NCBI GenBank assembly: GCA_035761425.1
Contig: DASTRD010000275.1
Span: 804-64,803 of the forward strand
Reading direction: 5' to 3'
DNA from: Povalibacter sp.
Lineage (GTDB): Bacteria; Pseudomonadota; Gammaproteobacteria; Steroidobacterales; Steroidobacteraceae
Length of the DNA stretch: 64,000 bases
Shown: positions 1 to 9,417 of the stretch, piece by piece
How positions within the stretch are numbered: position 1 is the first letter of the stretch
How the letters are laid out: the number at the start of each line of letters is the position of its first letter
Made by a program: the position numbers and the translations under genes
Notes under the pieces: model-generated
Databases searched by the model: none
What the model saw: only the letters and a program-made list of their open reading frames with translations
Told to the model about the DNA's origin: nothing

Positions 1-542
1 ACCCGGCCAATGCCGAGCAGCCGCTGCCCGTGATCTTCACCGGGCCGGCGTCCGCCGCCGAATACTTTGCGCAGATCGATCTGTTCATCGGTGCAACGCT
101 GGGGCCGACGGCGCAGAAGCGCTACAAGATCGTGATCGACGATCCGGCGCAGGCCGCACGCGAAGTTGCCCGGGGTATCGAGCAGGTGCGCGACTTCCGG
201 CGCTCGCGCAGCGACGCGTACAACTACAACTGGCTGCTCAGAATCCAGCCCGACTTTCAGCGGCCGTTCGAGCCTACGCACGAAGCGATGGCGAAGCTCG
301 AACTGCGCCGGGATCTCGAACCACACATGCTGGCAGCCAATCTGCGCCGGGCGTTTTCCGGCATCGTCGCCGGCAATGTGAAGGAGCAGGGCGTACAGGC
401 CATCGAAACACATGGCCCGTTCGAACTGCATGGGGAAAAGCGGCTGATGACGCTGCTCGATGAGTTGCTGGCCGCCTTCGTCGTACAAAGACGCATGAAG
501 ATCGCCGGAGAGTACAGACCCTGCTACCGGCTGGTCACATGA
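1..542 (+). CDS. ppnN: PpnN/YgdH-type LOG-family nucleotide 5'-monophosphate nucleosidase, C-terminal part (5' end upstream of window)
   Basis: The frame is open to the window edge. The C-terminus ...FSGIVAGNVKEQG...FVVQRRMKIAGEYRPCYRLVT recalls the conserved C-terminal end of E. coli YgdH/PpnN (from memory). Confidence 0.6.
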   Translation, partial: PANAEQPLPVIFTGPASAAEYFAQIDLFIGATLGPTAQKRYKIVIDDPAQAAREVARGIEQVRDFRRSRSDAYNYNWLLRIQPDFQRPFEPTHEAMAKLELRRDLEPHMLAANLRRAFSGIVAGNVKEQGVQAIETHGPFELHGEKRLMTLLDELLAAFVVQRRMKIAGEYRPCYRLVT

Positions 543-1243
543 GTACCGTCAGACTGATCTACAAGATTGCCCTGCCTGATTCGCGCGAGCTGGCTTTCAC
601 TCTGGAGCTCGATCACGACACCGCAGAACTGAGTCCCGCGACCATCGCGCAGCCGCCGGCCTGGACCGAACTCGGTTTCAATCAGTGTCAGGGTTGCCCG
701 CTCGATGTGGCCCGGGACAAGTACTGTCCTGCGGCGTTGCATCTGTCGAGCGTGATCGACGGCTTCAGCGATCTGGTCTCGTACGATCACGTGCGCGTGA
801 CGGTCGAAAGCGAGGAGCGTTCGGTGATCGCCACGCTGTCGGCGCAGCAGGCGCTGGCGTCGCTGATGGGGCTCATCATGGCCTCGAGCGGCTGTCCGCG
901 CACCGCGGTGTTCAGGCCCATGGCGCGCTTCCACCTGCCATTCTCGAGCGAAGCCGAAACCGCGTATCGCGTTGCCGCCATGTATCTCGTGGCGCAGCAT
1001 TTCAAGGCGCGTGACGGCGTCAGCCACGACATCTCGCTGGACGATCTCGGCAGCGTCTACCGCGGCATGCATGCCGTGAATCGCGGCATGGCGACACGGC
1101 TGCGCGCCGCGAGCCGTCAGGACGCCATCGTCAACGCCATCGTGCTGCTCGACGTCTACAGCAGCCTCGTGCCATCTGCCATCCACGAAATCCTGGACGA
1201 AATCAAACCCGCATTCGCCGCGCTGCTCGAGGAGCAGACCTGA
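539..1243 (+). CDS. Conserved hypothetical protein, Cys-rich (CxxC-x10-C plus GCP)
   Basis: 234-aa ORF with typical GC3-rich coding look. Its ATG overlaps the ppnN stop (ATGA), implying translational coupling. Motifs: NQCQGCPLDVARDKYCP and SSGCPRT. Confidence 0.55.
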   Translation: MSTVRLIYKIALPDSRELAFTLELDHDTAELSPATIAQPPAWTELGFNQCQGCPLDVARDKYCPAALHLSSVIDGFSDLVSYDHVRVTVESEERSVIATLSAQQALASLMGLIMASSGCPRTAVFRPMARFHLPFSSEAETAYRVAAMYLVAQHFKARDGVSHDISLDDLGSVYRGMHAVNRGMATRLRAASRQDAIVNAIVLLDVYSSLVPSAIHEILDEIKPAFAALLEEQT

Positions 1244-1259
1244 CGAAGCGGGTTCTCGC

Positions 1260-1297
1260 AGAGAGCGCGGCATTCGGAAATTCACCGCGCGCTCTCT
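1260..1297 (+). terminator. Stem-loop after the 539-1243 CDS (10-bp stem AGAGAGCGCG / CGCGCTCTCT), no U-tract
   Basis: Perfect inverted repeat read directly from the sequence, 17 nt past the stop codon. It lacks a T-run, so terminator function is inferred only. Confidence 0.35.
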
Positions 1298-1580
1298 CCA
1301 CTGCTGTGAAATCTCTGCTGCTCGGCGCGCCGCCTTTGAAGGTGGACGCGCTTTTTCCGGTTTTCAGGTAACGCGGCAGAATCGATTGGCGCGCAAACCA
1401 CAATAATCGCCTGTTAAATGGCATGCGCTGATGCGTCGCTGTGTGACGCTGCAGGGCATATTGCCCACGCGCTTCTGCGATCACAGTCGCAATCTCAGGA
1501 CGCAGATGAATCGCTGTGATCCAGTTCCTCACCCGGCCGGCAGGCGGTTCATTAAGTTGCGTGTCAACAGGAGGCACGAC

Positions 1581-1826
1581 ATGTCAGAGCAAAAAATCGA
1601 TGAGCTGACAGCGACCGGTACGCACCGTGCGTGGGTCGGTGAAAGCAGCAGCTCGGTGGTTCGTGCCGGCAGTCCGGGCAGCAGGGAGACGCAGCGCAGC
1701 TGGCTGGAGCGTCCGCAGCCGGCCAATCCGCGCCACGCGGCGATCACGCGTTCCCTGTACAGCTGGAGCAATTACAAGAACTGGACCGACAAGGTCCGCC
1801 ACGGCTGGGAAAAGGACAAGAAGTAA
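1581..1826 (+). CDS. Small hypothetical protein (81 aa)
   Basis: Internal ATG of the 1431-1826 ORF, preceded by AGGAGG 8 nt upstream. No recognisable family. Confidence 0.4.
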   Translation: MSEQKIDELTATGTHRAWVGESSSSVVRAGSPGSRETQRSWLERPQPANPRHAAITRSLYSWSNYKNWTDKVRHGWEKDKK

Positions 1827-1874
1827 CCGGCGGGCTGCACGCCGCGTCGCAGCCATCCCGCGCTGTCGCCGGCT

Positions 1875-2828
1875 TCACTCCGATTCGGCGGGTTCCACCG
1901 GCTGCGATCCCGAGCGACCCAGCGCAGCCATCACCTTCGATTGCAGTCGAATCCACCATCCTGACTCGCGCAGCGGTTCTTCCGCAGCGGCCAGCGGCAT
2001 CGCTGGCTCGGCGGGCGATTCATGGATTGCGCGAGCCGAACGCGATTCGTCACGAGATTCTTCGCTGAGGTTGGCGCCAGACCCGGCTGCGGGTGCTGCG
2101 TCCGCTTCGACTCTCGGCGCAGGTTCAGCAGATTTCAGGATGGACGTCATGGCCGGTGTGCCGGGCTGCAACTCGAGCGCCTTGCGCTGCTCCAGCCATC
2201 CGACCAGCGGCAGCCACTGATCGAGGTCCTCACGCACTGCCCGGGACTTCATCTCGAAAAGGCCGATGCCCTTTTCCGAAGCCCGGATGTAGTTCTGCGA
2301 ATCCCGCAGCGTCGTCACCACCGGGATGTCGAGCGTTTCGAGAAACCTCATCAGCGACTTGTACATCACCGTGTTCTTTTTGACGCGGTTGGCGATGACT
2401 GCGATGCGCTGTTCTTCGCGTTTCACCTTTGCGACCAGCAGCAGACTGGAGATGCATCTGGCTGCGGCATGAATGTCGATATCGGAAGGCAGCACCGGCA
2501 CCAGAATCGCAGTGGCGTTGCGCGTGATGTCCGGAAGATCCTGCGCCGACAGTGCCGCAGGCGTATCCACCACGAGACGTTGCGTGTCGAGCGGCAGCCG
2601 AGTGGCGAAGCTGCGCGTGACGCGCGCATTGCGTTCGTAGGCCGCAATGCCATGAATGTGCAGCACACCGGTTTCACGCTTGCTCAGCCAGCGCGTACTG
2701 GAGCCCTGCGCATCCATATCCATCAGGGTTGGCCGTAAGCCTGAAACAGCAAAATGACTCGCGAGATTGGTCGCAAGTGTAGTTTTGCCGGAACCCCCTT
2801 TGGGGTTCAATAGAACGATCTTCTGCAT
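1875..2828 (-). CDS. ParA/MinD-family P-loop ATPase with long acidic/Pro-Ala-rich C-terminal tail
   Basis: Deviant Walker A LNPKGGSGKTTLATNLA at the N-terminus and ParA-like core over about 210 aa. The last ~100 aa are low-complexity (PAPRVEADAAPAAGS...EEPLRE). Confidence 0.85.
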   Translation of the reverse strand: MQKIVLLNPKGGSGKTTLATNLASHFAVSGLRPTLMDMDAQGSSTRWLSKRETGVLHIHGIAAYERNARVTRSFATRLPLDTQRLVVDTPAALSAQDLPDITRNATAILVPVLPSDIDIHAAARCISSLLLVAKVKREEQRIAVIANRVKKNTVMYKSLMRFLETLDIPVVTTLRDSQNYIRASEKGIGLFEMKSRAVREDLDQWLPLVGWLEQRKALELQPGTPAMTSILKSAEPAPRVEADAAPAAGSGANLSEESRDESRSARAIHESPAEPAMPLAAAEEPLRESGWWIRLQSKVMAALGRSGSQPVEPAESE

Positions 2829-3019
2829 TCGACGGCCTGGCTGCGAGGCGCCTGCTTATGTAGTTGGTGTGTGCAGGGTAATCCAGGTGCAGCTCCGGCT
2901 TTGTGACAGCGGTCACTGGCCCGCCGGTTGGCCGAAAGTCGGCACGTGAGTCGGCTCACATCGCCGTCGTTGTCGCTGCGCGTACAGTCACGGCGCGTCG
3001 GTACTTGAGAGGGTGTTCG

Positions 3020-3259
3020 ATGGAATTCCTGTTGTTGTGGGTCGATGATCTCGACGATGCCATCGGCGCCGTGCGCCATCTGCTGCCGACCATCCTCGGC
3101 TTTCTTTTCGCTCTCGCCCTGTTCGCCGCCACCTGTGCTGCGCTCATCGTTGCGCCGCATGCCACGCTCGGCATCCTCGCCCTGATGCTGTCGGCCTCGC
3201 TCTTCGAGGCTGCCCGTCGACGCCGCACCCGCATGCTCGCCGAGCGCGAACGTCGCTGA
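3020..3259 (+). CDS. Possible small membrane protein (79 aa)
   Basis: ATG inside the 2903-3259 ORF. Two hydrophobic stretches (LLPTILGFLFALALFAATCAALIV, LGILALMLSASLF) and a basic tail. No family recognised. Confidence 0.3.
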   Translation: MEFLLLWVDDLDDAIGAVRHLLPTILGFLFALALFAATCAALIVAPHATLGILALMLSASLFEAARRRRTRMLAERERR

Positions 3260-3471
3260 TCCGACTGCCGACCGGCGGGGAATTCCACGCCGGTCTTCGG
3301 CTGAACTGACGTTCAGCGATTCCTGGCCCCGTCGTGGCCGCATTTCTCGGCCGGTTTCACCGGGCCGGCCTCTGACGCGACCGCTTCTGCACCCCAGTCC
3401 GATGCCGACCGGCTGAGCCACGCCAAGCGGCCGGCCCCGCGCAGTTCCGATTCGATTCCGCTCAGGGACGG

Positions 3472-3498
3472 CTTGAAAACCCAGCCGTCCTACCCCAT
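3472..3498 (+). promoter_or_regulatory. Sigma-32 (RpoH) heat-shock promoter of htpG
   Basis: CTTGAA (3472-3477), 15-nt spacer, CCCCAT (3493-3498, followed by GT). This matches the CTTGAA-N13-17-CCCCATNT consensus and sits about 60 nt upstream of the htpG ATG. Confidence 0.7.
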
Positions 3499-3559
3499 GT
3501 GCGCCGCATTCAATATCATCCGCACCCTCGCGGAAAACGACCGACGGAGCGAAGGCGAC

Positions 3560-5434
3560 ATGACAGAGGCGAGCACCACTCAGACGCTGGGATTTCAGGC
3601 CGAAGTAAAGCAGCTGCTGCGGCTCATGATCCATTCCTTGTACAGCCACAAGGAAATCTTTCTGCGCGAGCTGATTTCGAATGCGTCGGACGCGCTGGAC
3701 AAACTGCGCTTCGAGGCGCTGGCCAATCCGGCCCTGACGGAAGGCGACACGGCGTACGCCATCACCATCGATACCGACGACAAGGCCCACACCATCACCA
3801 TCACCGACAACGGCATCGGCATGACGCGCCAGGATGCGATCGAGCACCTGGGCACGATCGCGAAGTCGGGTACGGCGGAGTTCCTGTCGAAACTGAGCGG
3901 CGACCAGAAGAAGGATGCCCAGCTCATCGGACAGTTCGGTGTCGGCTTCTACTCGTCATTCATCGTTGCCGACCGTGTCGAAGTATTTTCACGTCGCGCC
4001 GGCGTCGCTGCGGCCGAGGGCGTGCATTGGGAATCGCGCGCCGACGGTGAATTCACAGTGTCCGATATCGAACGTCCCGAGCGAGGCACGAAGATCGTGC
4101 TGCACCTGAAGGAAGACGACCGGGAATTCGCGGATGCGTATCGCGTGCGTTCGCTGGTCCGCAAGTATTCCGACCACATCGCCTTCCCGGTGCGCATGAA
4201 GAAGTCCGACAAGGACGCCGAGTACGAGACCGTCAATCACGCGCAGGCGCTCTGGACGCGGCCGCGTACCGAACTCAAGGACGAGGATTACAAGGAGTTC
4301 TATCGGCACGTGACCCACGACTTCACCGACCCGCTCGCCTGGTCGCATGGCAAAGTCGAGGGCAAGAAGGAATACACGAGCCTGCTCTACATTCCTTCGC
4401 GTGCGCCATTCGATCTGTCGCACCGCGACGGCGTGCGTGGCCTGAAGCTCTATGTGCGTCGCGTGTTCATCATGGACGACGCCGAACAGTTCCTGCCGCT
4501 GTATCTGCGCTTCGTGAAAGGCATCGTCGATTCGGCTGACCTGCCGCTCAATATCTCGCGCGAAATGCTGCAGCAGGATCCGGCCATCGACACGATCCGC
4601 ACCGGTCTCACGCGCCGCGTGCTGGATCTGCTGGCGAAGCTGGCCAAGGATGAACCGGAGAAATACGCGACGTTCTGGAAGGAGTTCGGCGCAGTCCTCA
4701 AGGAGGGGCCCGCAGAGGATCACGGGAACCGCGAGCGCATCGCGAAGCTGCTGCGGTTCGCATCCACGCACACCGGCACTGAAACCCAGGACGTCTCACT
4801 GGAGGATTACGTGGGGCGGATGAAGCCCGGTCAGAAGGATATCTATTACGTGATCGCCGATACGTTCGGCGCTGCGCGCACCAGTCCCCATCTGGAAGTC
4901 CTCAAGGCGAAGGGCATCGAAGTGCTGCTGCTGTCGGATCGCGTCGACGAATGGCTCATGGATCATCTGCGCGAGTTCGACGGCAAGAACCTTCGCAATG
5001 TGGCACGCGGCGATCTGGACCTGGGCGCCGTGCAGAGCGATGAGGAAAAGAAGGCACAGGACGAACTGGCAAAGGAACACGCTGGCGTCATCGAGCGTGT
5101 AAAAAAGGCGCTTGCCGAGCAGGTCAGCGACGTGCGTGTCACACACCGCCTGGTCGATTCCCCGGCGTGCCTGGTGCTTGGCGAGCATGACATGGGCGCG
5201 CAGATGCGGCGTATTCTGGAGGCCGCCGGTCAGAAGGCCCCGGCGAGCAAGCCGCTGCTCGAGATCAATCCCACCCATCCGCTGGTGGTGCGCATGGAGA
5301 ACACCGCGGAGGCCACGGCGTTCGACGATCTTGCCATGCTGCTGTTCGAGCAGGCGACGCTGGCCGATGGCGGACAGTTGCCTGAACCGGGTGCTTTCGT
5401 GCAACGTCTGAATCGACTGCTGCTGTCATTGTGA
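3560..5434 (+). CDS. htpG: Molecular chaperone HtpG (Hsp90)
   Basis: N-terminal [44 protein letters not shown] signature over full Hsp90 length. GGAG lies upstream of the ATG at 3560. Confidence 0.95.
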   Translation: MTEASTTQTLGFQAEVKQLLRLMIHSLYSHKEIFLRELISNASDALDKLRFEALANPALTEGDTAYAITIDTDDKAHTITITDNGIGMTRQDAIEHLGTIAKSGTAEFLSKLSGDQKKDAQLIGQFGVGFYSSFIVADRVEVFSRRAGVAAAEGVHWESRADGEFTVSDIERPERGTKIVLHLKEDDREFADAYRVRSLVRKYSDHIAFPVRMKKSDKDAEYETVNHAQALWTRPRTELKDEDYKEFYRHVTHDFTDPLAWSHGKVEGKKEYTSLLYIPSRAPFDLSHRDGVRGLKLYVRRVFIMDDAEQFLPLYLRFVKGIVDSADLPLNISREMLQQDPAIDTIRTGLTRRVLDLLAKLAKDEPEKYATFWKEFGAVLKEGPAEDHGNRERIAKLLRFASTHTGTETQDVSLEDYVGRMKPGQKDIYYVIADTFGAARTSPHLEVLKAKGIEVLLLSDRVDEWLMDHLREFDGKNLRNVARGDLDLGAVQSDEEKKAQDELAKEHAGVIERVKKALAEQVSDVRVTHRLVDSPACLVLGEHDMGAQMRRILEAAGQKAPASKPLLEINPTHPLVVRMENTAEATAFDDLAMLLFEQATLADGGQLPEPGAFVQRLNRLLLSL

Positions 5435-5442
5435 GAACCTCC

Positions 5443-5904
5443 ATGTACCGAGTCGGGCTGCTGATCCTTGCGCTGGGAGTCCTGGCAGCCTGCAAACCGG
5501 CTACCCCGCCACCGGCGCCACCCGCCGCCGCGGCAGAGGACGCCGCGATCGATCAACTGCTGATCAACGAAGTGGCCATCGGCACCGGCGATCCGATCGG
5601 CAACGGTCAGACGGCAGTCGTGCACTACACGGGTTGGCTCTACGACCCGGCCGCGCCGGATCACAAGGGCACAAAGTTCGACAGTTCTCGCGACAAGGGC
5701 CAGCCTTTTCGTTTTGTGGTGGGTGGCGGCAAGGTCATTCAGGGCTGGGATCAGGGTGTTCTGGGCATGAGCGTCGGCGGTCAGCGCGAGCTGGTCGTGC
5801 CGTCTCGTCTGGCTTACGGTGAGGCCGGTGCTGGAGGCGTGATTCCGCCGGGTGCCACGCTGCTGTTCGATGTCGAACTCCTCGCCATCGAGCCAGCGCG
5901 CTGA
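5443..5904 (+). CDS. FKBP-type peptidyl-prolyl cis-trans isomerase, lipoprotein
   Basis: Lipobox LGVLAAC, then an FKBP core (GTKFDSSRDKGQPFRFVVGGGKVIQGWDQGVLGM...LLFDVELL). Confidence 0.9.
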   Translation: MYRVGLLILALGVLAACKPATPPPAPPAAAAEDAAIDQLLINEVAIGTGDPIGNGQTAVVHYTGWLYDPAAPDHKGTKFDSSRDKGQPFRFVVGGGKVIQGWDQGVLGMSVGGQRELVVPSRLAYGEAGAGGVIPPGATLLFDVELLAIEPAR

Positions 5905-5910
5905 CCTCAG

Positions 5911-6558
5911 GTGATGAGCACCAATTCGCAGCGGCCCACGCTCGAAATGCTGTCCATTCCCGGGCCGCTCGGCCCGCTCGAGGCCATCGTCGAATCGCCG
6001 CCCGACACGTCAGCCGACAACGTCGCGGTAATCTGCCATCCGCATCCGGTTTATGGCGGCACCATGACCAACAAGGTCGTGCACATGCTCGCCAAAGCCT
6101 GCAACGAGCTGGGACTGCCAGCCGTGCGGTTCAACTACCGCGGGGTTGGCAAGAGCGCAGGCACCTACGATGAAGGCCGCGGCGAGACGCAGGATGCACT
6201 CGCAGCACTGGATTGGGCGCAGCAGCGTTGGCCCGACGCAGGCCTGTGGCTCGGCGGCTTCTCCTTTGGCGGCGCCGTCGCCATTCGTGCCGCCGCACAG
6301 CGCAATGTGCAACGGCTGATCACGATTGCACCGGCGATCGATCGCGTTGCCGTCGACGATGTGCGTCTGCCGGAGTGTCCGTGGCTCATCGTGCAGGGCG
6401 ATCAGGACGAACTGGTCGATCCCGCACGCGTTCAATCGTGGGTGGCTTCGATTACGGCAACGCCCGACCTCGTCGTGTTGCCTGGCGTGGAGCATTTTTT
6501 TCATGGTCGCATGAACGACCTGCGCACTGCCGTACTGGACTGGGTTCGCCGTACCTGA
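5911..6558 (+). CDS. Alpha/beta-fold hydrolase (COG2945-like)
   Basis: HPHPVYGGTM stretch, nucleophile elbow GFSFGG and C-terminal Asp/His region (QGDQDELV, VEHFFHG). Confidence 0.75.
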   Translation: MMSTNSQRPTLEMLSIPGPLGPLEAIVESPPDTSADNVAVICHPHPVYGGTMTNKVVHMLAKACNELGLPAVRFNYRGVGKSAGTYDEGRGETQDALAALDWAQQRWPDAGLWLGGFSFGGAVAIRAAAQRNVQRLITIAPAIDRVAVDDVRLPECPWLIVQGDQDELVDPARVQSWVASITATPDLVVLPGVEHFFHGRMNDLRTAVLDWVRRT

Positions 6559-6584
6559 ACCCGGGCAGACGCCTTCAGCGATGC

Positions 6585-7049
6585 ATGCGGAGAGCGACCG
6601 TGCTTGAACAGTTGAAGAAGATTTTTGGCGTCGAACCGCAGGCTGAGGGTCTGCTTCAGCTGCGCGAGCCGCTGGATCTGGCCGTTGCCTCGCTGCTGGT
6701 CGAACTGGCGCGGGCGGACTTTTCCGCATCCGAGGCCGAGTTTGCCGCCATTCGCGAGTTGCTCAGGCGCCGCTACGCGATGAGTGAGGAGACTGTGGAA
6801 GCTCTGATCGCGCGTGCAGTCAGTCGCGCTGACCGCGCCGTGTCATTGCACGAATTCACGCATCGTCTGAACGTCGAACTGCCCGAAGCGGACAAGCTCG
6901 CCATCGTCGAGATGCTCTGGCAGGTCAGCCACGCCGACGGTCACATCGACAAACACGAAGAACAGCTGATCCGTCGCATTGCGGGATTGCTGCACGTTTC
7001 GGACCGGGATCGCATCCGGCTGAAACTCAAAACGATCGTCGAAGAGTAG
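6585..7049 (+). CDS. TerB-family (tellurite-resistance-like) protein
   Basis: C-terminal two-thirds of the 6213-7049 ORF. The upstream part overlaps the hydrolase gene and reads Arg-rich nonsense. LVELARADFSASEAEF...MLWQVSHADGHIDKHEEQLIRRIA is TerB-like. The start is ATG 6585 or GTG 6600. Confidence 0.6.
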   Translation: MRRATVLEQLKKIFGVEPQAEGLLQLREPLDLAVASLLVELARADFSASEAEFAAIRELLRRRYAMSEETVEALIARAVSRADRAVSLHEFTHRLNVELPEADKLAIVEMLWQVSHADGHIDKHEEQLIRRIAGLLHVSDRDRIRLKLKTIVEE

Positions 7050-7102
7050 CGTCGCCCGACGCTGGTCGATCCGGCGCGGACGGCGGGATCGGGAGGATTC
7101 CC

Positions 7103-7133
7103 CCGGAGCCTGGCACCATGGCCAGCGCTCCGG
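7103..7133. terminator. Hairpin between convergent terB-like and HU genes (likely bidirectional terminator)
   Basis: CCGGAGCCTGGC...GCCAGCGCTCCGG forms an ~12-bp stem with one bulge, read from the sequence. Confidence 0.5.
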
Positions 7134-7149
7134 AGGAGGAAACCGCAGG

Positions 7150-7461
7150 TTAGTTCACCATTTCCTTGAGGCTCTTCAGAGCCGCGATGCGAACCTTCTT
7201 GCTGGCCGGCTTGGCCTTGAACATCATCTTTTCGCCGGTGAAAGGATTCACGCCTTCACGTGCCTTCGTGGCGGGCTTCTTCACGACCTTCATCTTCAGC
7301 AGGCCCGGCAGGGTGAACAGGCCCGAGCCCTTGAGGCTCTTCTTCACAATGCCATTGAGCGACTCGAACACGTCGCTGACCTGCTTCTTGGCCAGGCCCG
7401 TGTCCTTCGAAATCTGAGCGAGGATCTCGGACTTGGTCGGGGCCGCATTCTTTTTCGCCAT
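7150..7461 (-). CDS. HU/IHF-family DNA-binding protein, Lys-rich
   Basis: MAKKNAAPTKSEILAQISKDTGLAKKQV...GVNPFTGEKMMFKAKPASKKVRI shows the HU fold signature. AGGAG lies 8 nt upstream of the ATG at 7461. Confidence 0.85.
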   Translation of the reverse strand: MAKKNAAPTKSEILAQISKDTGLAKKQVSDVFESLNGIVKKSLKGSGLFTLPGLLKMKVVKKPATKAREGVNPFTGEKMMFKAKPASKKVRIAALKSLKEMVN

Positions 7462-7900
7462 TTGTGATCTCCTGTGATGTGACGATGTCGCGCCCGCATT
7501 TGTTTCTGTCAGGTCGCGTCGGGTTAGCAAGACGCGCGGGAAAATAGCACAAGATTTGCCGCGGAATAAGCAGCGAACAAATTTTTTTCGCTATTTTTTC
7601 AGTGTTTCCGCACGCTCGCATGTGCGTCGTCATGGAGCGACGCGTGCATGGGAAGAAGTTCTCCATGCGATTGACGACGCATCAGGGCACAGATGCACAC
7701 CCGGCGCAGGCGTTACGAATGCATTTGCGGGACGCTTCTTCCTGCGTCTGCAATCATCAAGACTGTGCAGATGCTTGAAAAGCCAAGGCTCTCTCGAGCG
7801 GTCGCATCGCGGCACCGCCTGATCTGCAATGACCGGCAACTGATGGGCAATGGTGCGCCCGATCCCTTCTGCTCCTGCGCAGAGTGCCGGGCGTCGTCTT

Positions 7901-8401
7901 TCAGCGGGTATCGAACTCGCGCTTCAACTTCACTTCGAGCGGCTCGCTTTCGCCTTCGGGCGTGACCTTGATGTCGAAGACGAGGATTTCCGAACCCGCG
8001 ATCGAGGTTTCCCCGATGTAGTAGATGGCTTCGCCTTCGGCAATGCGGCGCATCTCCAGATTCTTGAGCTGGCCGTTCAAGTTGTAGGCGTCCACCTGAA
8101 CCGTGGCATTCGTCGGTTTGCGGGGCGCGTGGTCCGCTTCCTTGCGCAGAAGCGTGACGTTGAGCATGACACGGTTGGCGCTGCGCTGAATACCGTACGT
8201 GCGGGCGATGTCGGGCGTCAGGGTGTCGGTGCGCAGCGCGTTGAAGTGAACTTCGTAGTTGCCGAAGTCGCGGAAGGTCTCACTCAGTTCCTGCGCCGGC
8301 GCCGCTCTGGCGACCGGTTTGTCACCGCAGCCTGCCAGCAGCGCACAGGTGAACAGCAGCCCGCTGATAACGACGGAAGTCACACCTGTTCTTGTTCGCA
8401 T
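7901..8401 (-). CDS. DUF4426-like lipoprotein
   Basis: Lipobox LLAGC. FGNYEVHFNALRTDTLTPDIARTYGIQRSANRVMLNV resembles the DUF4426 proteins found near this gene neighbourhood in Pseudomonas (from memory). Confidence 0.6.
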   Translation of the reverse strand: MRTRTGVTSVVISGLLFTCALLAGCGDKPVARAAPAQELSETFRDFGNYEVHFNALRTDTLTPDIARTYGIQRSANRVMLNVTLLRKEADHAPRKPTNATVQVDAYNLNGQLKNLEMRRIAEGEAIYYIGETSIAGSEILVFDIKVTPEGESEPLEVKLKREFDTR

Positions 8402-8479
8402 GTCAGTGCCTCGCGAGCGGATAGTCGAACAGCCCGACTATAGACCAACGCACGACACCGACGGCAGAGTGGTCGACAC

Positions 8480-8770
8480 CTAATCCGCCGCCGATCGGCC
8501 GATCAGCTCCCGGATGTCTGCAGGAATCGTCCCCGGCGCTTCTATGCGCACCGACTTCGAGCGACCTGATTCGCCTCGCAGCAGGATGACGCGTGCGCGC
8601 GGCACATCGAATGTACTGGCCAGGAATTCGAGCAGATGCCGGTTTGCACGCCCATCCACCGGTGGCGCCGTGATGCGCACCTTCAGACGTTCACCGTGAA
8701 GGCCGACAAACCCGTCTCTGGCGGCACCCGGTTGCACCTGAAGCTCCAGCAGCAGTGCAGCTCCCTGCAT
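8480..8770 (-). CDS. yggU: YggU (DUF167) family protein
   Basis: 96-aa C-terminal part of the 8480-9079 ORF. LKVRITAPPVDGRANRHLLEFLA is the DUF167 signature. It lies directly downstream of yggT. Confidence 0.8.
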   Translation of the reverse strand: MQGAALLLELQVQPGAARDGFVGLHGERLKVRITAPPVDGRANRHLLEFLASTFDVPRARVILLRGESGRSKSVRIEAPGTIPADIRELIGRSAAD

Positions 8771-8787
8771 GCGGATCGGCGGCGTGC

Positions 8788-9321
8788 TCACGAGATGGCG
8801 ATGTACAGCGCCTGCAATCCGATGATGGCGAACAATGCCGACAGGTCGATGCCGGCGATTGGCGGAATGATGCGGCGGATCGGCCGCAGGATGGGCTCGC
8901 ACAGGCTGTTCAGCAGCGCGGCGGCCGGACTGTAGGTACCCGGAGCGACCCAGCTCAGCAACACGTAGAGCAGCAGTGCATACGTATAGAAAAGGAGAAT
9001 GGTGCCGATCAGGCTGAACAGCGTAATCCGGATGAACACGTCGGCGCCCCGGGCGAACGGGTACGCGCCCAGCAACCACAAGGTCGCTGTTGCTGCTGCC
9101 TGCACGATCAGCAGCGCAACGATCGAGGCAGTATCGATCTTGCCGATCGGCGGCAGGATACGGCGCAAGGGCAGCACCAGAGGATTGGTCAGCCGGATGA
9201 CGGCCTGCGAAAGCTGATTGCGCGAATCGGCCCGCGCCAGCGGCAGCAACACTCGCAGCAGAAACACTGTCACCAGCAGAACCTGCAGCAGCGTGCGGAC
9301 GATGAAAATGATGGCGTCCAT
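8788..9321 (-). CDS. yggT: YggT-family integral membrane protein
   Basis: Duplicated YGGT-type hydrophobic repeats (LTNPLVLPLRRILPPIGKID / LCEPILRPIRRIIPPIAGID) and synteny with proC/yggS. Confidence 0.85.
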   Translation of the reverse strand: MDAIIFIVRTLLQVLLVTVFLLRVLLPLARADSRNQLSQAVIRLTNPLVLPLRRILPPIGKIDTASIVALLIVQAAATATLWLLGAYPFARGADVFIRITLFSLIGTILLFYTYALLLYVLLSWVAPGTYSPAAALLNSLCEPILRPIRRIIPPIAGIDLSALFAIIGLQALYIAIS

Positions 9322-9417
9322 TGAATACCGGATCAGTCGAAGAGGTCCGGCGTCATGTGCCGGCTCGGGTTCAGGAGGCGACGGCCTTCATCCATCCATG
9401 GCCGCAGCACCCTGACT

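Noticed and set aside
6213-6584. Upstream extension of the TerB-like ORF.
   Set aside because: It overlaps the alpha/beta hydrolase gene in another frame and reads as poly-Arg nonsense. The TerB-like sequence begins near 6585-6600.
7462-7900. Relatively AT-rich ~440-nt region upstream of the HU gene, as a possible horizontally acquired segment or sRNA locus.
   Set aside because: No tRNA-like, terminator-bounded or conserved-looking RNA structure was seen. An AT-rich, long promoter region is normal for a highly expressed nucleoid-protein gene.
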